A stretch of DNA of 64,000 nucleotides from an uncultured delta proteobacterium (GTDB lineage: Bacteria; Desulfobacterota; Binatia; HRBIN30; BPIQ01): the NCBI GenBank assembly GCA_963761335.1, contig CAVXGR010000011.1, positions 512,001-576,000 of the forward strand, read 5' to 3'. Made by a program: the position numbers and the translations under genes. Below, piece by piece: positions 1 to 9,034 of this stretch (position 1 is its first letter; each line of letters begins with the position of its first letter). Below the pieces are notes generated by a model that saw only the letters and a list, made by a program, of their open reading frames with translations, did not search any database and was not told the DNA's origin.

Positions 1-87
1 AGGGAAAAGACGGGTGTTGGGTGTTGGGTGTTGAGGTGTTGGGCGTTGGGACCGGGTCTGCCCAACGGGATGCCCGTTGGCTGCGGG

Positions 88-172
88 CGCGTTGTTGGTT
101 GCTACGTTGTTAGGTTGTTAGGTCAGTTCACCCCTTCTTGCCAACAACCAACAACGCAACAACCCAACAACC
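88..172. repeat. Repeat family A: (GTTGTTRG)n / (CYAACAAC)n inverted octamer palindrome
   Basis: gttgttggttgctacgttgttaggttgttaggtcagttcaccccttcttgccaacaaccaacaacgcaacaacccaacaacct; near-identical copies at 2954-3039 and 3761-3846 (reverse), variant at 29351-29463. Confidence 0.9.
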
Positions 173-256
173 TGCGGCGGCGCATCTTCTACCTTGACAG
201 CCTGAGAGGGAGAGGGCAGCAGTTGATGAGATGTGCTCGCGCCTCACCGACCAGGT

Positions 257-1117
257 ATGGCGATGCGAGTCGAGCGGCTGGCGCCGGCGGCGAGAGCACC
301 GGCGGTGAACTCGACGTCGCTGCGGCTGCTGTCGTGGAATCTCCACGGGCCGCCCTTGGCACCGCGGCGGCGCCAGCGCATGCGCGCCGCGGCCGCGCGC
401 CTTCGCGAGGAGAGCCCCGACCTGCTGGTGCTTCAGGAGGTGTGGCTGCGCCAGGACGAGCGCCAGCTCACCCGCGCCCTGGATGCGGATTTCGCGCCCT
501 TGCCCATGCCCGCGGGAGGCTGGCCCCTGCGCCGCTCGGGGCTTCTCTCCTATCGCCGGCGCGCCTCGGCCTGGGAGGTGAGCGCCCTGCGCCTGCACTC
601 CTTCCAGCGCGCCGCTCCGGCGTGGCGCATCTGGGAAGGCGACGGCCTCGGACGCAAGGGCGTCCTCGAGATCCGCATCCGCAACGCCGACGCGGAGGTC
701 GCCGTGCTCGGCGCCCACCTGCAGGCGGCATACGTCGGCAACGAGCACACCGCGGTGCGCGCTGCGCAGCTCCAGCAGCTCGAGGCGCTGGCGACGCGCC
801 TTTCACAGGAGGTGCCGGTGATCGTCGTCGGCGATCTCAACACCCAGCCGCACGAGCCCATCTTCGCCCATCTCGCCGGCGGCACCGATCTCACTCGGCC
901 GCTGCGCGCCGCCGGAAAGTGCGACACCCATCTGGGCGGCGACGGCACCCACGGCGGCTGGCTCGACTACATCATCGGCTACCCGCATCGGGACTGGCGG
1001 GTCGGCGCCGAGGATCTCCGCCTCATCGAGAACGAGGCGCCCGATCATCCCTACTCCGATCACCACGCCGTGGCGGCGCACATCCGCCTGCTAGCACGAC
1101 CCGTTGACATTGGCTGA
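257..1117 (+). CDS. Endonuclease/exonuclease/phosphatase (EEP) family protein
   Basis: Motifs LLSWNLHG, DLLVLQEVW, GAHLQA, VVGDLN, WLDYI, YSDHHAV; start 257 or 263 uncertain. Confidence 0.9.
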   Translation: MAMRVERLAPAARAPAVNSTSLRLLSWNLHGPPLAPRRRQRMRAAAARLREESPDLLVLQEVWLRQDERQLTRALDADFAPLPMPAGGWPLRRSGLLSYRRRASAWEVSALRLHSFQRAAPAWRIWEGDGLGRKGVLEIRIRNADAEVAVLGAHLQAAYVGNEHTAVRAAQLQQLEALATRLSQEVPVIVVGDLNTQPHEPIFAHLAGGTDLTRPLRAAGKCDTHLGGDGTHGGWLDYIIGYPHRDWRVGAEDLRLIENEAPDHPYSDHHAVAAHIRLLARPVDIG

Positions 1118-1148
1118 CCACTGTCCTCACGCCCCGGCGAGCGAGGGT

Positions 1149-1349
1149 TCCCTCTCCCGCATCTTTTCGCGGGAGAGGGTCAGGGTGAGGGTTCCGATCT
1201 CTCTGAACGGCGCAATACTCATGGACTTTCAGTGAGGAAGGAACCCCTCACCTTGATCCTCTCCCCGCGAAAAGATGCGGGGAGAGGAAACCCTTGTGCG
1301 ATGCGGGCAGGAAATTACTGCGGGGTCGGCAGAGCAAATTAGACACTAC
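1149..1349. repeat. Repeat family B (CCCTCTCCC...GGGAGAGG double hairpin) with ~70-nt conserved tail
   Basis: ccctctcccgc..gcgggagagggtcagggtgaggg / ccctcaccttgatcctctccccgcgaaaagatgcggggagagg; other copies at 8683-8825, 20654-20833, 24294-24450, 45389-45575, 50566-50670. Confidence 0.9.
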
Positions 1350-1358
1350 CGGGCGCTC

Positions 1359-1886
1359 CTACTCCGGCCCCTCGTCGGGCGGACCGCGCCGTCCACCCGG
1401 AGAGCGATTGTGCCGCTGCTTCTCCATCTCCTCGTGGATCTTCACCATCTCCTGTCGCTGCTCCGGGGTGAGCAGGGCGCGGATCTGCAACATCGTATGC
1501 AGCCGCTGCTTGCTGAGCTGCGTCTGCAGCTCGCCGATGCGTTCGGCCTGGCGCATCACCGCGGCTTCATCGGGGATGTCCTGCTTCAGGAGCTGCCGCA
1601 TCTCTTCGCGCAGCGGCCGCAGGTGCTCGCGTATCTGCTGCTCGCCGGCGCGCGCCGTCTCGGCGATGGTCTGAATGCGCGCCTGGGTCGCCTCGTCGAG
1701 CTTCAATCGATCGGCATAGCGCTCGAGGATGCGCTCGAATGGCGGCGGCCCATGGCGGTGCGGTCCGCCGCCGCCGGGCGGAAGGCCGTCGTCGCCCGCC
1801 CAGGCGACGGTGGCGGCACCGAGGGCTGCGGCGAGCACCCAGGTGATCGCCAGCACCGTGGCGGAACGCAGTCGCGTCTCTTTCAT
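1359..1886 (-). CDS. Spy/CpxP-family periplasmic protein (LTxxQ motif)
   Basis: Signal peptide, LKLDEATQARI and LLTPEQRQ motifs, helical; ggagg RBS upstream. Confidence 0.85.
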   Translation of the reverse strand: MKETRLRSATVLAITWVLAAALGAATVAWAGDDGLPPGGGGPHRHGPPPFERILERYADRLKLDEATQARIQTIAETARAGEQQIREHLRPLREEMRQLLKQDIPDEAAVMRQAERIGELQTQLSKQRLHTMLQIRALLTPEQRQEMVKIHEEMEKQRHNRSPGGRRGPPDEGPE

Positions 1887-1900
1887 CCCGATCGACCTCC

Positions 1901-2326
1901 TCAGCTGCCCAGGAACACGCTCTCGATCGCCTGGTAATCGTCGGGGAGCGCCTCGTCCGTCTCCGCACTCGGCTCCGCCAGCATCGCCAGCAGAGCCTGC
2001 TCAGGCGTGTGGAGAGAGGCGACGGCGGCAGTCCCCGGCGTCGAGGCGGACTGCGGGAGCGGCTGTACGATCTGATCGCCCGTCCAGGTGCGCACGGTGA
2101 CCAGAAGGGCGAGCGCCGCGACGGCGGCGAGCCCGGCGAGGGGGACGCGCCGGCCGCGGCGGCGCCGCTGCTCGAGCCGTCGCTCGAGGGCGGCGTTGAA
2201 GGCGACGCGACGGGAAGGCGACAGAGGCGATACCGCGTAGGCATCGGCCAGGCGGCGCACGAACTCCTCCTCCGCGGCCGTCAGGCGCACCTCGTCGCGG
2301 CCCTTGATCTCTGTCCGCTCAGTCAT
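1901..2326 (-). CDS. Putative membrane-anchored anti-sigma factor
   Basis: Arg run followed by a single TM helix; overlaps the 3' end of the ECF sigma gene. Confidence 0.7.
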   Translation of the reverse strand: MTERTEIKGRDEVRLTAAEEEFVRRLADAYAVSPLSPSRRVAFNAALERRLEQRRRRGRRVPLAGLAAVAALALLVTVRTWTGDQIVQPLPQSASTPGTAAVASLHTPEQALLAMLAEPSAETDEALPDDYQAIESVFLGS

Positions 2327-2903
2327 GACTCACCGTCTCCGCTGCCGGCCACAGGTCGGCCAGGTCCTGGCGCAGGGACTGGAGCGCGCGGTGGAGGTGG
2401 GACTTCATGGTGCCCACGGCTCTGCCGCTCAGCTCGGCGGCCTCGCGAACGGTGAAGCCTTCGAGGTGGACGAGGACGAAGGCCTCGCGTTGGCCGCGTG
2501 GCAGGCGATCGAGCGCCGCGCTGATCCGCCGCCGCAGGCCGGGGTCGCCCGTATGCGCGGCTCGCGGATCCTCGGGGTCATCGGGCACCTCGCCGGCGAG
2601 GCGCTGTCTCACCCACCGCCAGCGGCGGTATCGCTGCGCCTCGTTGACGAGAATTCTGTAGAACCATGTGCTCATTTCCGCTTCGGCTCGATAGCGGTCG
2701 AGGCCGCGGTAGGCGCGCAGAAAGGCCTCCTGGGCCACGTCCTCGGCCGCCTGCTGGTCGCCGCCGATCAGCCGCCAGGCCATACCGACGGCCCGTTCCC
2801 GCTGCTCCGCGACCAATTCGCCGAAGCGCCGCTCGCGGTCAGCTTCAATCTCGGTCACGCCTTCTCCGGCCGACGCCCACAGTATCGAGCTCAGTTCGGA
2901 CAT
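2319..2903 (-). CDS. ECF-type RNA polymerase sigma-70 factor
   Basis: AEDVAQEAFLRAYR, STWFYRILVN, LPRGQREAFVL, GTMKSHLHRA; alternative GTG start at 2858 with GGAG RBS. Confidence 0.93.
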   Translation of the reverse strand: MSELSSILWASAGEGVTEIEADRERRFGELVAEQRERAVGMAWRLIGGDQQAAEDVAQEAFLRAYRGLDRYRAEAEMSTWFYRILVNEAQRYRRWRWVRQRLAGEVPDDPEDPRAAHTGDPGLRRRISAALDRLPRGQREAFVLVHLEGFTVREAAELSGRAVGTMKSHLHRALQSLRQDLADLWPAAETVSHD

Positions 2904-2917
2904 GGATACTCGACCTG

Positions 2918-2945
2918 TTTGACCCGCGACAAGCAAGAGGGGTTT
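2918..2945 (-). promoter_or_regulatory. Putative ECF sigma promoter (AAACC-N15-GGGTCAAA)
   Basis: Same motif and spacing found upstream of the second spy-like gene (3609-3636). Confidence 0.65.
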
Positions 2946-2953
2946 ACTGCGGG

Positions 2954-3039
2954 CGGGTTGTTGGTTGCTACGTTGTTAGGTTGTTAGGTCAATTCACCCC
3001 TTCTTACCAACAACCAACAACGCAACAACCTAACAACCT
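2954..3039. repeat. Repeat family A copy
   Basis: Near-identical to 88-172. Confidence 0.9.
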
Positions 3040-3113
3040 TCGGTGGTGGCACCGTGGGCTCGATTCGTCGGGCAGCCGGGGGTTTCAACCCCCGGCTATG
3101 CGAGTGGGCGGCC

Positions 3114-3575
3114 TCAGGAGGCCGGTTGGTCCGGCGCGCCGCGCTGGAAGTGTTTGTGGAGCTGCTGCCACTGATCGGCGGTGAGCAGCTTGCGGACCTG
3201 AAGCAGGTTCTGCAGCATCGACTTGCGCATCTCCGTCTGCAGCGCCCCGAGGGTATCCGCCTGGGCGAGGACCGCGTTCTCGTCGGGGTTGTCCTGCGCC
3301 AGGAGCTCGCGCATCTGCTTGCGCGCCGCGTGGAGCTTGTCCCGCGTCGCCTGCGCGTCCTGCTTCGCCTGGTCGATGATGTCGTGCACCGACTTCTGCG
3401 TCGCCGCGTCGAGACCGAGGCGATCGATGCGGCGCTCGATGTGCCTCAGCCGCGACCCGTCGTGACAGCCGCCGCCGGGGCCGCCGCGATGCGCCTGCGC
3501 CACCGCCGGTGCCAGCAGGGCGAAGGCGCCAATCAGCGCCACCGCGCTACCCATCCAACGAAATACTCTCTTCAT
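3114..3575 (-). CDS. Second Spy/CpxP-family periplasmic protein
   Basis: Signal peptide (AQA), LGLDAATQKSV, LLTADQWQQ; strong RBS gaggaggag. Confidence 0.85.
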   Translation of the reverse strand: MKRVFRWMGSAVALIGAFALLAPAVAQAHRGGPGGGCHDGSRLRHIERRIDRLGLDAATQKSVHDIIDQAKQDAQATRDKLHAARKQMRELLAQDNPDENAVLAQADTLGALQTEMRKSMLQNLLQVRKLLTADQWQQLHKHFQRGAPDQPAS

Positions 3576-3608
3576 TGCTCTCCTCCTCTGGTTTTAGGTT
3601 CTGTCGGA

Positions 3609-3636
3609 TTGGACCCCCTCACCCCGGATTCGGTTT
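3609..3636 (-). promoter_or_regulatory. Putative ECF sigma promoter (AAACC-N15-GGGTCCAA)
   Basis: Matches 2918-2945. Confidence 0.65.
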
Positions 3637-3760
3637 GCATGGAGTGGAATCGCTTGAATGGAAGACGACGGAAGCAGCTCATTTGCCCCCGGCGCGCGCC
3701 GTGATCACAGCCTGGGGGTGGCTTTGCCCAACGAGTCGAACGGACGGTGCCACCGTCGAA

Positions 3761-3975
3761 GGTTGTTAGGTTGTTGCGTTGTTGGTTGTTGGTAAGAAGG
3801 GGTGAACTGACCCAACAACTTACAACGTAGCAACCAACAACACCTGCCCGCAGCCAACGGACATCCCGTTGGACAAAGCCGCCTGGGGGTTTCAGAGGCT
3901 GTCTCAAAACCGTGCCCGCGCCCGTGCCCCTGCCCGTCCTGGGAGCGGCCAAGAAAGACGGGCACGGGCACGGAA
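3761..3975. repeat. Repeat cluster: family A (reverse), GAGGCTGTCTCAAAA end, (CGTGCC)n/(GGCACG)n palindrome
   Basis: Read directly from sequence. Confidence 0.8.
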
Positions 3976-4038
3976 CAGCTCGGGTGAAGCGTCCATATGT
4001 CGAGCACTTGCAGCGGTCCGATCGAATGAGTGCTCGGC

Positions 4039-4264
4039 TCAGCTGCAGAGCGACATGAGGCGTTCGAGCGTATACGGTCGCAGGCCATCGGTACGTCCGG
4101 CGCAGTAGCGGTTGAACAGGTCTTCCGGCGTCGGGTGCTCGATCACAGCAAGGCCGGAGCGTCTCGCAAGCGCTTCCATCTCGTCTGGCGCGAGCCGCGT
4201 CAAGGCTGCCTCCCAGTGTTTGGCTCACGAAGTCGGTGGGCACGAGAATATGGCATTCGCTCAT
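4039..4264 (-). pseudogene. Gene debris beside the tRNA 3' end: USP-like N-terminal fragment plus SAM-methyltransferase-like C-terminal fragment
   Basis: MSECHILVPTDF from 4264; in a different frame 4203-4039 LTRLAPDEMEALARRSGLAVIEHPTPEDLFNRYCAGRTDGLRPY. Confidence 0.45.
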
Positions 4265-4381
4265 CGGAAGCGCGAGAGCGGCGACGCGTTCCAGCTTCCA
4301 ACACCGGGGGACACGGACAAAAGACCAACAATCGGGCAACGCCGAGAAGAGAGTCGCTGCGTAAATGCTTGAAAAGAAAAG

Positions 4382-4454
<73 letters not shown>

Positions 4455-4490
4455 ACACGTGGGTTGGCGGGCGGGTGTTGCAGTGGGCGG

Positions 4491-4519
4491 AGGGTACCAG
4501 GGAGGGGGGCGAATTTCAA
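4491..4519 (-). promoter_or_regulatory. Sigma70-like promoter for tRNA-Ala
   Basis: TTGAAA-N17-TACCCT. Confidence 0.5.
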
Positions 4520-4554
4520 ACGCAGTGGGAATGATTTCGGGGGGTTCAGGGCGG

Positions 4555-4668
4555 GAGAATGTAGAATGGAGAACCGGTGACCGGTGATGGAGAACCGGTC
4601 AATGATCGTGCAACCGTTTGCCGGTTTTTCATCACCGGTCACCGGTTCTCCATTTTACATTCTCTTCT
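4555..4668. repeat. Repeat family G (GAGAATGTARAATGGAGAACCGGTGACCGGTGA ... inverted)
   Basis: Also at 16701-16780/17948-18000 and 42502-42623. Confidence 0.88.
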
Positions 4669-4714
4669 CTCCCCCGCTCTTGCCCGCCCGGCCTCGGCGC
4701 GTCAATGATGGCGC

Positions 4715-5239
4715 ATGAGCGAGACCTGTGGCCAACGGCCTCCCGCCGCCGCACCGCCGGCTGACGATGGCCGCGACCCCTCGACCTGGACGCCCGAGAT
4801 GCTGGCGCGCCTGCAGCGCCTTCTCGACCGCAGCGCCGCCAGCGCCGGCGCCGCGGTGCGCGACACCTTCGAGAGGCCGGAGCGGCGCATGTCCGCTGCC
4901 GAGCTCGTCGCTTTCTGGAACACCTCGCGCATGAAGGCCATGGCCACCGCCGGGCGGCGCGGGCCCCATATCGCCCCGGTGCACGCCGAGCTGGTCGACG
5001 GCCGCCTGCGCACCACCATCTACGAGACGGCGCTGCGCCGCCGCGACATCCGCGCCAACCCCGAGGTCGCCTTCACCACCTGGGGCGACGGCGGCGCGGT
5101 CGCCATCGTCTACGGCCGCGCCCGGGAGCTGCCGGGGAGCCTGCGCGAGACGCGCCCCGGCGCCACCGGGGCCCCGCGCCGGGTGGTCACCCTGGAGGTC
5201 GAGATGTCGCGCATCTACGCCATGCGCGGCCGCTCGTAG
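4715..5239 (+). CDS. Pyridoxamine 5'-phosphate oxidase-like (split-barrel flavin/F420-binding) protein
   Basis: MATAGRRGPHIAPV, RRRDIRANPEVAF, AIVYGRA. Confidence 0.75.
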   Translation: MSETCGQRPPAAAPPADDGRDPSTWTPEMLARLQRLLDRSAASAGAAVRDTFERPERRMSAAELVAFWNTSRMKAMATAGRRGPHIAPVHAELVDGRLRTTIYETALRRRDIRANPEVAFTTWGDGGAVAIVYGRARELPGSLRETRPGATGAPRRVVTLEVEMSRIYAMRGRS

Positions 5240-5292
5240 GGAAAGGTTCGGGCCTTGCGCCCGGGCGCGAGCTGTAGTTCTTTCTGAGCGCC

Positions 5293-6387
5293 ATGGCCGA
5301 GGAACAGAAGACGATCCCCAGCGATCCGCCCGAGACCATCGCCATCCGCAGCGGCGAGGACTTCGACCACGAACGTCTGGCCGCCTATCTGCGCGGCCGG
5401 CTGCCCGGCTCGGAGCGGCCGCTCGAGGTGGTCCAGTTCGCCGGCGGGCACGCCAACCTGACCTATATGCTGCGCTACGGCGACAGCGAGTACGTCCTGC
5501 GCCGCCCGCCGCTCGGCCCGGTGGCGCCGTCGTCGCACGACATGGGCCGGGAGTACCGCGTCCTCTCCGTCCTCCACAAGGGCTATCGGCCGGCACCGCG
5601 CGCCTACGTCTTCTGCGAGGACCCCGCCGTCATCGGCGCCCCCTTCTTCGTCATGGAGCGCCGCCGCGGCGTGGTGGTGCGGCGCCACGTTCCGCCGCAG
5701 TTCGGCGGCGGCGAGGACGCCGGCGTCAACCGCCGTATCAGCGAGGTGCTGATCGACACGCTCGCCGATCTGCACGAGGTCGACACCGCGGCGGTCGGCC
5801 TCCAGGATCTCGGCAAGCCCGAGGGCTTCATGCGCCGGCAGATCGACGGCTGGACGGCGCGCTACGAGCGGGCGAAGACGAAGGACGTCGCCGTCGTCGG
5901 CGAGCTGTCGCAGTGGCTGCGCGACCGCCTGCCGCCCTCGCCGGCGCCGACGCTGCTGCACAACGACTGGCGACTCGACAACATGATGCTCGACGCCAAC
6001 GACCCGGGGCGCTGCGAGGCGGTGTTCGACTGGGACATGTGCACGGTCGGCGATCCGTTCGCCGATCTCGGCACCCTGCTCTCCGCCTGGATCGAGGACG
6101 GCGAGGCCGTGGGCGGCTCGAACTGGGTGAGCATGCCCTCGATGACGCCCGGCTTCATGACCCGCAAGCAGGCGGTCGAGCGCTACGGGAAGCGCCGCGG
6201 CATCGACGTCAGCAACGTCCCTTTCTACTACGTCTTCGGCATCTTCAAGATCGCCATCGTCCTGCAGCAGATCTACTACCGCTACCACGTCGGGCAGACG
6301 CGGGACGAGCGCTTCGCCGGCTTCGAGCAGGGCGCCGAGATGCTCTTCTGGATCGCCAAGCAGCGCAGCGAGTCGATGACGCTCTGA
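5293..6387 (+). CDS. Phosphotransferase (APH/ACAD10-11 kinase-like) family protein
   Basis: QFAGGHANLTY, VLRRPPLG, HDMGREYRVL, LLHNDWRLDN, AVFDWDM. Confidence 0.93.
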   Translation: MAEEQKTIPSDPPETIAIRSGEDFDHERLAAYLRGRLPGSERPLEVVQFAGGHANLTYMLRYGDSEYVLRRPPLGPVAPSSHDMGREYRVLSVLHKGYRPAPRAYVFCEDPAVIGAPFFVMERRRGVVVRRHVPPQFGGGEDAGVNRRISEVLIDTLADLHEVDTAAVGLQDLGKPEGFMRRQIDGWTARYERAKTKDVAVVGELSQWLRDRLPPSPAPTLLHNDWRLDNMMLDANDPGRCEAVFDWDMCTVGDPFADLGTLLSAWIEDGEAVGGSNWVSMPSMTPGFMTRKQAVERYGKRRGIDVSNVPFYYVFGIFKIAIVLQQIYYRYHVGQTRDERFAGFEQGAEMLFWIAKQRSESMTL

Positions 6388-6391
6388 AGGC

Positions 6392-6691
6392 GAGGTGTTG
6401 AGGTGCTGGGGTGATGGGGGGAACCGCAGAGGCGCTGAAGACGCAGAGGAGAAAACCGCCAAGGCGCCGAGGACGCCAAGAGAAGAGCGCAGAGAAGAAG
6501 AGGGGAGAGGCTACTTCGCGCGCCCGGAACCGCCCGCACGGCACTAGTCGCCGCGGGAAGTAGCCTCTCCCCTCTTCCCCTTGGCGTCCTTTCTTTGCGT
6601 TCTTGGCGCCTTGGCGGTTTTCCTCTAGGTCCCTCAGCGCCTCTGCGGTTCCATTTCCCTCAACACCTCAACACCCCAACACCCAACACCT
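6392..6691. repeat. Nested multi-layer palindrome between convergent genes
   Basis: Outer (GGTGYTGR)n/(CAACACCY)n, then AACCGCAGAGGCGCTGA, AAAACCGCCAAGGCGCC and GAAGAGGGGAGAGGCTACTTC, each with an inverted partner. Confidence 0.85.
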
Positions 6692-6699
6692 CGTCTTTC

Positions 6700-7893
6700 T
6701 CACTCGTACTGCGCGAGGATGCGGCGGGCGACGACCATCTTGTGGACCTCGTCCGGGCCGTCGTAGATGCGCGCCAGCCGCGCCTGCCGATAGAACATCG
6801 ACAGCGGGTGATCCTCGGTGACCCCGGCGGCCCCGAAGATCTGGATGGCCTTGTCGACGACGCTCTGCAGCACCCGTGCGCCGAAGAACTTGATCAGCGA
6901 GATCTCCTCGCGGGCTCCCTGGGCGCCGGCGGTATCGATCTTCCAGGCGGCGTGCAGGGTCATCAGGCGCGCCGCCTGGATGTCGGCGCGGGCTTCGGCC
7001 ACCCAGTCCTGGATGTTCGCCTTGCGCGCCAGTGTGCTGCCGAACATCTCGCGCTGGTTGGCGTAGCGGCACATCATCTCGAAAGCCCGCTGCGCCACGC
7101 CGAGCCAGCGCATGCAGTGATGGATTCGCCCTGGGCCGAGGCGCTCCTGGGCGATGACGAAGCCCATGCCCTCGCCGCCGAGGATGTTGGTCACCGGCAC
7201 CCGGCAGTCCTCGTACCAGATCTCGGCGTGATGGTTGTCGTAGTCGCCCATCACCGGCACGCCGCGGGCAATGCGAAACCCCGGGGTGTCCACCGGCACG
7301 ATGATCTGACTGAAGCGCAGGTAGGGGTTCTCCTGATCCGGGTTGGTCATCGCCATGACGATGGCGAAGGAGGCTCCGTGGGCACCGCTGGTGAACCACT
7401 TGTGCCCGTTGATGACGTAGTCGTCGCCGTCGCGCACCGCCGTGGTGCGCAGCAGTCGCGGATCCGAGCCGGCGACCTCCGGCTCGGTCATCGAGAAGCA
7501 GCTGCGGATGTCGCCGTTGACCAGCGGCGCGAGCCAGCGCTTCTTCTGCTCGTCGGTGGCGAAGCGCCAGAGGATCTCGGCGTTGCCGGAGTCCGGCGCC
7601 TGCGAGCCGACGCAGACCGGCGCCACCGGGCTGCGCCCGAGAATCTCGTTGACGAAGACGTAGTGCATGAAGGGCAGACCGGCGCCGCCGGCCTCGCGCG
7701 GCAGGTGGAAGGCCCAGTAGCCCGCCTCCTTCGCCTTCGCCTGCACGGCGCGGATGAAGGGCGGATAGGCGGGTCCGCCCACCTCCATCTTCCAGCCCTC
7801 GTGCCGCTGCTCCAGCGGATATACGTACTCGTCCATGAAGGCGCGCACATTGTCGCAGAGGGTCTGAATCTCTTCGGGGATCTCGAAGTCCAT
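6700..7893 (-). CDS. Acyl-CoA dehydrogenase (ACAD11/FadE2-like)
   Basis: QAPDSGNAEIL, CFSMTEPEVAGSD, INGHKWFTSG, RLGPGRIHHCMR, RIYDGPDEVH. Confidence 0.95.
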   Translation of the reverse strand: MDFEIPEEIQTLCDNVRAFMDEYVYPLEQRHEGWKMEVGGPAYPPFIRAVQAKAKEAGYWAFHLPREAGGAGLPFMHYVFVNEILGRSPVAPVCVGSQAPDSGNAEILWRFATDEQKKRWLAPLVNGDIRSCFSMTEPEVAGSDPRLLRTTAVRDGDDYVINGHKWFTSGAHGASFAIVMAMTNPDQENPYLRFSQIIVPVDTPGFRIARGVPVMGDYDNHHAEIWYEDCRVPVTNILGGEGMGFVIAQERLGPGRIHHCMRWLGVAQRAFEMMCRYANQREMFGSTLARKANIQDWVAEARADIQAARLMTLHAAWKIDTAGAQGAREEISLIKFFGARVLQSVVDKAIQIFGAAGVTEDHPLSMFYRQARLARIYDGPDEVHKMVVARRILAQYE

Positions 7894-7977
7894 GGCGTCC
7901 TCCTCGGCTCACCGTACCAATGGGACATTCGCGGCTCTGGGTCAAAGGGGGGACAGGCATCGGCTCCGGGGGTTGAA

Positions 7978-8094
7978 GAGGCTGTCTCAAAACCCGGGCA
8001 AAACGATTCCGCCGGCCCGCGGGCCAAGGTAGAAGCGGCGTCTCGCCGCTTCGGGAAGCGCCGGGACGGCGCTTCTACTTTTTGAGACAGACTC
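7978..8094. mobile_element. MITE-like element (family E, TIR GAGGCTGTCTCAAAA) carrying a GTAG-REP doublet
   Basis: gaggctgtctcaaaa...ttttgagacagactc; internal GTAGAAGCGGCGTCTCGCCGCTT and inverted GTAGAAGCGCCGTCCCGGCGCTT; reverse copy at 31000-31118. Confidence 0.75.
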
Positions 8095-8162
8095 TTCAAC
8101 CCCCGGCGAGCATCATGGGGCCAGGCTCTGGCGAAGATCCTCCACCCAACAGATTTTCGAAG

Positions 8163-8929
8163 CAGTGCATCATGAGCCTTGCGGCTCACCAGTCGACGAT
8201 GAAAATGAGGCCGGGGATCTGCCCCGGCAAGAGATTTGGAGGCCCTCGCCTGGGCGAAGTTCGCCCCGGAGGGGCGGTGGCATGTAGCCCCGGGTGAAAC
8301 CCGGGGAAAGATGCGCGCTTTGTCATGCGCGCCCCGCCAGGGGCGCGGGCAAACTTTCGTCGATGTCGCGCCTGTACGCCGATGATCACCGCTGGGTGCG
8401 TGGGAAGCTCATCGAGGTGATTCACGCGGCCTCTACGCCTGCGCTCCTCCGGGGCGCTGAACTGGGCCAATCGGAGCGGTCCCCGGGTTGACACCCGGGG
8501 CTACATGCCTGCGCCCCTCCGGGGCGATAAGCTCCACCCCAAGCGCCACGGCTCCGCCAGACTTTCACCCAACAGATTTTCGAAGCAGGCTACTTTGCGG
8601 TCCGGGATCATCACCGCATCGCCGGATCCACCGCAAAAGTAGCCTGCTTCGAAAATCTATTGGGTGGCGCTTCGGGGGCGCGTTCCCTCTCCCGCACTAC
8701 TGGCGGGAGAGGGTCAGGGTGAGGGCGCCGATCTCTGTGAAGGCCGTGGAGATTCACCAGCTTTCAGTGAGAGGGACCCCTCACCTTGATCCTCTCCCCG
8801 CGAAAAGATGCGGGGAGAGGAAACCCGCCCCCGCGGCGCGGAAATATCATCGCAAGCGTCTGATCAGTGAATCAGGACGCCGTCCATTTTCATCGTCTGC
8901 TGGCGAGCCGCAAGGCTCATGATGCACTG
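8163..8929. mobile_element. Non-coding composite element (family C) bounded by 45-bp inverted repeats
   Basis: 8163-8207 vs 8885-8929 (3 mismatches); contains GTAGCCCCGGG REPs plus family D and B palindromes; left part re-occurs from 37315. Confidence 0.7.
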
Positions 8930-8961
8930 TCCCCACTGGCGGCTGTCGCACCAGCCTTGGT

Positions 8962-8990
8962 TTGACCCTCCTCCACCCCAATGGTAAACG
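8962..8990 (+). promoter_or_regulatory. Sigma70-like promoter for the glycan cluster
   Basis: TTGACC-N17-TAAACG upstream of ATG 9035. Confidence 0.4.
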
Positions 8991-9034
8991 GCTGACGCAG
9001 CCAGCTTTTCTCTGCGGAAGTGCGAAATCCCTCA

